DNA of 64,000 nucleotides, taken from the NCBI GenBank assembly GCA_963703225.1, contig OY969801.1:804001-868000 (forward strand). The letters are read 5' to 3'. The notes below the pieces were generated by a model. The model saw nothing but the letters and a program-made list of their open reading frames with translations, had not been told where the DNA came from and ran no database searches. The stretch comes from Candidatus Eiseniibacteriota bacterium (lineage in GTDB: Bacteria; Eisenbacteria; RBG-16-71-46; SZUA-252). Below are positions 58,578 through 64,000 of this stretch, piece by piece; position 1 is the stretch's first letter; every line of letters starts with the position of its first letter. Position numbers and translations under genes: made by a program.

Positions 58578-58601
58578 CGGTCCGAGCCAAGGAGGGCGAA
58601 C

Positions 58602-59150
58602 ATGGCTACCTTTGTCCAGCGGATGATCGGGGCCGCCAGGCTGAACCCGGCGACCTACGAAGAGGTCGAGGCCGACAAGTCCGCCACGGGGCAGGCGACC
58701 GTGGTGGTCGTTCTCTCCGCGATCGCGGCCGGCATCGGCTCGATCGACGCGGGCGCCCGCGGCGTGGTGGTCACCATCGTGGCCGCGCTCCTCGGATGGG
58801 TCATCTGGGCGTTTCTGACCTGGCTCATCGGGACCAAGTTTCTCGCCGAACCCGAAACCAAGGCCGACATGGGGGAGCTCCTCCGCACCATCGGCTTCGG
58901 GTCGTCCCCGGGACTCATCCGGGTCTTCGGCGCCCTGCCCTTTGTCGGCGGCCTCTTTCTGATCGCGGCGTGGATCTGGATGCTCGTTTCGACGGTGGTG
59001 GCGGTGCGGCAGGCGCTCGACTACAAGAGCACGGGGAAGGCGATTCTGGTCTGCGCGATCGGTTGGTTCGTCTACGTCCTCTTCTTCATCTCGGTCGTCT
59101 CGCTGCTCGGGATCGCGATCATTGGGATCGGGGGCACGGTCGCCAGCTAG
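58602..59150 (+). CDS. Yip1 family membrane protein
   Basis: 182 aa; AAGGAGGG RBS; N-terminal NPATYEEVEADKSATGQA then 5 TM helices. Confidence 0.6.
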   Translation: MATFVQRMIGAARLNPATYEEVEADKSATGQATVVVVLSAIAAGIGSIDAGARGVVVTIVAALLGWVIWAFLTWLIGTKFLAEPETKADMGELLRTIGFGSSPGLIRVFGALPFVGGLFLIAAWIWMLVSTVVAVRQALDYKSTGKAILVCAIGWFVYVLFFISVVSLLGIAIIGIGGTVAS

Positions 59151-60718
59151 TAGCGAAGCTCCGCCGCCATGCGGAGGAGCCACGCCGTCTCGTCGACGCC
59201 GCTCTGGTTGTTCACGTTCTCGCGCCGGCGGTAGCCGACTCCGGCGCTCAGGTCGACGTTGTCTCGGGGGAGCCAGCGCAGGTCGCCCCAGACTTCGCGC
59301 GCTTCCTCCACGACGCCCGAGAGGGATGAGTTCGAGACCGGTCCCATGGCGGGATACCAGGCCTCGCCGATTCGTCCCTCGCCCTTATTGACGAAATCCC
59401 CGGACCATCGGAGCTGCCAGTCGCGCGAGAGGTCGTAGCCGACCTCGAGCCAGAGATCCTCGACGTCCGGCCCCAGCACGTACCCGAGCGGCCGCTCGCG
59501 GTAGATGAAGTTCTCGTCGTAGTAGACGCTGTAGGTGAAATTCCGCACCCTGGCGTACTCCGCGAGGAAGTGGATCATGCCGTTCCCGAGGGGGCGGTCG
59601 CTGCGAAGCCCCGCCTGCCAGCCGAATCGGTCGGGCATCGACGTGTCCTCGGTTGTGAAATCGTCCACCAAGAATTCGCCGTAGAGGGTCAGGCCGGGCG
59701 AGAGGCGGAACGCCGCGTCGGTCGAGACCATGACGTTCGAGCGCTCTGCCGCACGCACCGAGTCGTTCGAGGCTTCGCGGACGTGGATCCGCTCGATCAG
59801 GGTGTAGGGGATGATCCCGATTCCGTAGAGGAGGTCGATGCCGTTGTTGGAGTAGCGGACCGCCTCGGCCAGCCCCAGCGTGAGCCGCCGGGTCGCCGCG
59901 AATTCCAGCCGGTGGGCCGCGAACATCCGGTCCTCCGCGTCGCGAGAGAACGCCCGACACCGCGGTCGCCGTGAGACGGCCCACGGCGTTTCCCTGAAAC
60001 ATGATGAATCCCATCGGCCCGGCCGCGTCGGAGAGAAGCAAGCGTGCCCCGTCGGCCCGGCCCCCATCGAAACTCGTCGTACCCGACGGCCCCGGTGACG
60101 GCGCCGCCCCGCGCCGTCATCTCCGCGTGGAGCACGGCGGCCTCGACGTCGGTGTGCGCCGCGATCGGGTCGATGAACTCGCGATCGCTCGCGGATTCTG
60201 GTGAAGGCGATGTCTTCATAGGCGCCAAACGCGGGCCAGAGCTGGAGCCCGGCGCGCACCCCCACCGCGGTCTCGTCGCGGAATCGGAAGTGGGCGCCGT
60301 CCCGGGTTTCGTCGTAGTCCCCGCGGACGTGGGCGGCGCTCTGAATGCGGAACCGGCTTTCCTTGGGGCCCACATCGACCAGCGGGCCGGTCTCGTGGCG
60401 ATCGGGCGGCTGCCCCAGGTCGCTCAGCTCTCGTGCGAACTCCCGCTCCAGGCGCTGATAGCTGAGGTTTTTCGGCAGGTCCTCGTGGAGCCGTCGGGCG
60501 CGGAGCAGCGCGTGGGCGATGTCGACCCGGACCAGAGGTCGGGTGTAGATACGAAGGGAGTCGAGAAGGCCCCGGGCGACGAGCACTTCGATCTCGTCGT
60601 AGGAAGCGCTCCCCACGGGCAGAAACTCCGCGGGCTCGGCCGCCGCCCCCGGCGCGACCCCCGCGCAGAGCAGCGCGGCCAGGACGATCGCTCGGATCGA
60701 CACCCGGGTCGGCATCAC
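59147..60718 (-). CDS. Wzi-like outer-membrane protein, paralogue; compensating frame disruptions in central part (~59930-60250)
   Basis: Signal peptide, N-terminal YDEIEVLVARGLLDSL motif, C-terminal beta-barrel-like region; central ~100 aa read as Arg-rich nonsense in the long frame while alternative frames carry plausible sequence. Confidence 0.5.
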   Translation of the reverse strand: MMPTRVSIRAIVLAALLCAGVAPGAAAEPAEFLPVGSASYDEIEVLVARGLLDSLRIYTRPLVRVDIAHALLRARRLHEDLPKNLSYQRLEREFARELSDLGQPPDRHETGPLVDVGPKESRFRIQSAAHVRGDYDETRDGAHFRFRDETAVGVRAGLQLWPAFGAYEDIAFTRIRERSRVHRPDRGAHRRRGRRAPRGDDGAGRRRHRGRRVRRVSMGAGPTGHACFSPTRPGRWDSSCFRETPWAVSRRPRCRAFSRDAEDRMFAAHRLEFAATRRLTLGLAEAVRYSNNGIDLLYGIGIIPYTLIERIHVREASNDSVRAAERSNVMVSTDAAFRLSPGLTLYGEFLVDDFTTEDTSMPDRFGWQAGLRSDRPLGNGMIHFLAEYARVRNFTYSVYYDENFIYRERPLGYVLGPDVEDLWLEVGYDLSRDWQLRWSGDFVNKGEGRIGEAWYPAMGPVSNSSLSGVVEEAREVWGDLRWLPRDNVDLSAGVGYRRRENVNNQSGVDETAWLLRMAAELRY

Positions 60719-60886
60719 GAGAGAGTATCCGAAGGTGTGGCCGCGAGGCCACAGGGTGCCGCTGGGACCGCGGCGCCTTTGCGGCCGGCCGCCGCTAACT
60801 CATTTGTTTTCAGCGATCTTTCCGGTGGCACGACGGCTGCTTTGTGGGTGACTGCCCAGTGCCACACTCAGCACCCGGAGGGAGTC

Positions 60887-61630
60887 ATGAAGCGTCTGGC
60901 TTGCGGTTCGACCTGGATTTGCGCGCTGCTCCTGGCGCGCCCGCCCCCGCGGCGGCCGCGGAGGCGAGCACGGTGCTCCTGCGCGCGGGCTCGTTTGGCT
61001 CCGTCGGCGGCGCGGCCGATCCGACACCGCGCGCCCTACGATTACCATCGCCAGGCTCCCTACGGGTTTCTTCACCCTTGGAGGCGGCGTTTTCGAGCCG
61101 GTCCACCAGCCGGGAAACGGATTTTACGGCGTGATTACCGCCGGCACCGAGGTGGGAAAGGCGCTCGACCTGGGGCTCCAGTTCTCCTGGTACCACCGCG
61201 GCTCGGAAGGAGAGCAATTCGTTGGCTCCTACGTGGGGCCCGGCGGGAACGTCATCCAGCAGTCGATCCAGACGCAGTCGGTCAACACCGACCTCCTGCC
61301 CCTTATGGGCATCGTCCGTCTGAAATTTCCGATCACCACCGTGCTCCAGCCCTACGTCGGCGGAGGCGCCGGATTTGAGTGGCTCTTCATCGAGGGGGTC
61401 GACGGCGCCGGGTACCAGTTCAGCAACGACTACGGCGGCTTTGGCGCCCAGGCGATGGCGGGCGTGAATCTCGCGCGCAAGCCCCACGGTCGCTCTCTAC
61501 GGCGAGGCCGTCTACAACTGGACCACCGTCGAGGCCGACTTCTACGATCCCTTCTACGGCGTCGTGGTCCACGAATCGCTCAACTACGACGGGCTGGGCC
61601 TACCACGGGGGTCTCCGATTCCGGTTCTAG
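60887..61630 (+). CDS. outer-membrane beta-barrel protein (OmpW/OmpA-like fold); several frame disruptions
   Basis: GGAGGGAG RBS, signal peptide MKRLA...; C-terminus ...YHGGLRFRF with terminal Phe; segments in three frames. Confidence 0.5.
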
Positions 61631-61732
61631 TTGTCTCCCAAACGTTTGTGCGCTAGTTTCCCGGCGAGCAGGGCCGGCCCGCGTCGGGCCGTAGGGGGTC
61701 TCGACCCAACGCCACCAAGGAGGGACTTCGCG

Positions 61733-62308
61733 ATGATTCGATCTGCGGTTCGTTTCACGACGCTGCTCGCGGCGGTCGGCGCTCCTCAGCGCCGGATCGC
61801 CCGCCTGGGCGCAGGATCACTCCGCGCAAGCGCAGAGCGACGTCGGACTCGGGGTCAAGGGGATCGGCGCGCGGATCGGCTACGTCGATCCGGAAGACGT
61901 GAGCGGCGCCGCCGTGCTCGGCCTCCACATGGACGCGGGGACCATCGTCAAGGGCGTCCACATGATGCCGTACATGGAGTACTGGAGCACGGGCGTCAAC
62001 GTCTCGGGCGTGAGCGCCGACATGAGCGACCTGGCGTTTGCGGTGGACGTGGACATGGATTTCCCGCTCCAGGGGAGCCGGATGACGCCATACTTGGGCG
62101 GCGGCTTGGGTCTTCACTTTCTCAGCGAGGACAGCAACGTTGGGACGCAGCTTCCGACGATACCAAGCTCGGGCTGAACATCCAGGGTGGAATCCGCAAT
62201 CAGGTCATGCCGAACATCTCACTCTTCGGCGAGGCCCGGTATGCGTTCGTTTCCGACGCGAGCCAACTCAAGTTTGTCGGCGGCTTTACGTACCAGTTCA
62301 TCTACTAG
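61733..62308 (+). CDS. outer-membrane beta-barrel protein, tandem paralogue; frame disruptions
   Basis: AAGGAGGGA RBS, signal peptide MIRSAVRFTTLLAAVGA; C-terminus FVGGFTYQFIY; middle in alternative frame. Confidence 0.5.
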   Translation: MIRSAVRFTTLLAAVGAPQRRIARLGAGSLRASAERRRTRGQGDRRADRLRRSGRRERRRRARPPHGRGDHRQGRPHDAVHGVLEHGRQRLGRERRHERPGVCGGRGHGFPAPGEPDDAILGRRLGSSLSQRGQQRWDAASDDTKLGLNIQGGIRNQVMPNISLFGEARYAFVSDASQLKFVGGFTYQFIY

Positions 62309-62356
62309 TTGGCGCGCGTCGCCCGCGGCGGGGCGCGTCCCGACTCAGGAGGACTT

Positions 62357-63179
62357 ATGAGAGCGATCCGCATCGCTGGAGCGCTGCTGCTCGTCTTGGT
62401 TTGGCGGCGGCGCTCTCGGCCTGTCAGAAGAAGTCGGACATCCGAGATCTCGTCGACGATGCCGGAGGAGAATCCCGCGACCGCGCAGGAAACCCCGACG
62501 CCCGGAGCCACCACGCCGGAAGCCGCGGTGCCGGTCGCGCCGGAGTCGAAGCCCGTCGCGAAGCCGACCGCGGCCAAGTCGGCCACGACCAAGTCCGGCG
62601 CGTCCAAGTCGTCGCCCGCGGTTCCCGCCGCCGAAACGCGCACCGTCTCGCTGCCCCCGGGCGCGGTGTTCGACGTGGAGTTGACCACCGCGGTCAGCAC
62701 GGCGACATCCAATCTCAGCGACAAGATCGAAGGGACGCTGCTCCAGCCGCTGAGCGCGCCCGACGGGTACGTCATCGCGAATCAAGGCGCCATGATCCGC
62801 GGAGAGATCGCCGAGCTCAAGCGCGCGAGCAAGTCGCAGGGCCGAAGAAGACCGCGCGACGGTGAAGCTCGTCTTCACGTCGATCGAGACCGTGGATGGC
62901 GAGAAGTCGCTCAATGCAACGGTGACGAATGCCGAGGGGATGACGGCCGGCGGGACGGGCAAGCGGGACGCGCTCGTCATCGGCGGCAGCGCCGCCGTCG
63001 GCGCGATCCTCGGCAAGATCATCGGGAAGGATACGAAGGGCGCCGTGATCGGAGCCTTTAGCGGCGCCGTTCTCGGAACCGGCGCGATGATGGCGTCGAA
63101 AGGACACGAGCTGGAGGTCCCGGCCGGAAGCAAGATCACGCTCCGGGCGGAAGAGCCGATCACCGTCGTCGCCAAGTAG
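62357..63179 (+). CDS. lipoprotein with C-terminal glycine-zipper segment; frame disruptions
   Basis: AGGAGGA RBS; lipobox-like LSAC in alternative frame near N-terminus; C-terminal GGSAAVGAILGKIIG...GAVIGAFSGAVLGTGAMM. Confidence 0.45.
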
Positions 63180-63183
63180 CGCG

Positions 63184-63714
63184 GTGGGAGGTCAGGGGTT
63201 CGCGCTCTCGAACCCGTTCCTCGACATTGTTGTCCGCACCGCGGTCATCTACCTGATGCTTCTGGTGGGGCTCCGCCTCACGGGGAAGCGTCAGGTGGGG
63301 CAGTTCACCCCGTTCGATCTCCTGCTCCTCCTCCTCCTCGCCAACGCCGTCCAGAACGCGATGGTCGGCCCTGACACCACGGTCTACGGAGGCCTCATCG
63401 CCGCGGGGACCCTGTTCGCGTTGAACGGGGTCGTGGCCGCGATCTCGAGGAGGAGCCGCGGCGCCGCGAAGCTCGTGGAGGGAACGCCCACCCTGCTTAT
63501 CCGCCACGGCAACGTGCTGAAGGAGAATCTGGCCAAGGAAGGGGTCTCGGAGGAGGACCTGCTCCGGGCGCTCCGGGAGCACGGCGTCGAGGCGGTCTCG
63601 ATGGTGCGGAGCGCGATTCTGGAAGTGGACGGAACGATCAGCGTGCTGCGCGAGGACGAATTCCCCACCACGCCGCGCGCCCACCACCGCATCCGCTTCC
63701 GGCGGAATAACTGA
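63184..63714 (+). CDS. DUF421 (YetF-like) membrane protein
   Basis: 176 aa; GTG start; two N-terminal TM helices and C-terminal soluble domain with FDLLLLLLLANAVQNAM motif typical of family. Confidence 0.6.
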   Translation: MGGQGFALSNPFLDIVVRTAVIYLMLLVGLRLTGKRQVGQFTPFDLLLLLLLANAVQNAMVGPDTTVYGGLIAAGTLFALNGVVAAISRRSRGAAKLVEGTPTLLIRHGNVLKENLAKEGVSEEDLLRALREHGVEAVSMVRSAILEVDGTISVLREDEFPTTPRAHHRIRFRRNN

Positions 63715-63758
63715 TCCGCCCGAGGTGGCCTTCCTCGGCCGGGTCGCGACGAAATTCC

Positions 63759-64000
63759 CTAGAGGATCCGCTTCCCCAAGAGACTCTGCGCCAGCTCCAC
63801 CGCGAGGATCCCGGTCATGTTTCGCGTGTCGAGAACCGGGTTGACCTCCACTAGGTCGAGCGCGACGACGTTCGCCCGCTCGCTCAGGATCTCCATCGCG
63901 AGGTGGGCCTCGCGGTAGGAAATCCCGCCCCAGAGGGCCGTTCCCACGCCGGGCGCATCTTCCGGGTCCACGACGTCGAGGTCGAAGGAGACGTGGATTC
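63759..64000 (-). CDS. arginase/agmatinase/formiminoglutamase family protein, C-terminal part (5' end outside window)
   Basis: ...VVALDLVEVNPVLD... C-terminal ureohydrolase motif; ORF continues to window edge. Confidence 0.55.
   Translation of the reverse strand, partial: IHVSFDLDVVDPEDAPGVGTALWGGISYREAHLAMEILSERANVVALDLVEVNPVLDTRNMTGILAVELAQSLLGKRIL

Noticed and set aside
57207-59183. 658-aa minus-strand ORF
   Set aside because: Antisense to ppk1 and the Yip1 gene; low-complexity translation.
1-64000. CRISPR arrays, tRNA or rRNA genes, insertion sequences, integrases
   Set aside because: No regularly spaced direct repeats, no tRNA-like conserved arms, no transposase/integrase motifs found on either strand by inspection; a proper tRNA/CRISPR scan was not possible here.

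Overview
GC-rich bacterial chromosomal segment, read by eye from the sequence and the supplied ORF track; no database search or computation was run, so all family assignments rest on recognised motifs. About 65 protein-coding features are supported; no rRNA, tRNA, CRISPR array, transposase or integrase was recognised. Content in order: an EF-G-family GTPase; a secreted S8 peptidase with a T9SS-type C-terminal sorting domain; yebC-ruvC-ruvA-ruvB; a compact MerR-type metal-sensing module (merO-like operator, regulator with Cys82/Cys117/Cys126, a translationally coupled unannotated 38-codon Cys-rich peptide gene, terminator); queA; a partial flagellar regulatory cluster (fliN, fliO, flhG, fliA) followed by HDOD, GAF-GGDEF and hybrid histidine-kinase genes; wecB and a DegT-type aminotransferase; a small stress-type cluster (tandem DUF1801, ArsR-AHSA1-membrane operon); a TPR Ser/Thr kinase; a ~17-kb Wzx/Wzy-type polysaccharide locus (Wza, Wzz, Wzy/ligase-like, Wzx, two GT4, AsnB, bi-domain oxidoreductase, DUF354-like, initiating sugar transferase); a chrB-like module lacking chrA; a divergent polyphosphate locus (sixA, CYTH-CHAD, two ppx, ppk1); Wzi-like and OmpW-like outer-membrane proteins. 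The most interesting candidate is the minimal mer-like module at 7752-8397. Important caveat: at least 15 genes show single-base frame disruptions (reading frame changes mid-domain), so the sequence is either draft quality with indel errors or unusually rich in pseudogenes; boundaries of those genes are approximate. The long antisense ORFs in the track are treated as GC-driven artefacts.
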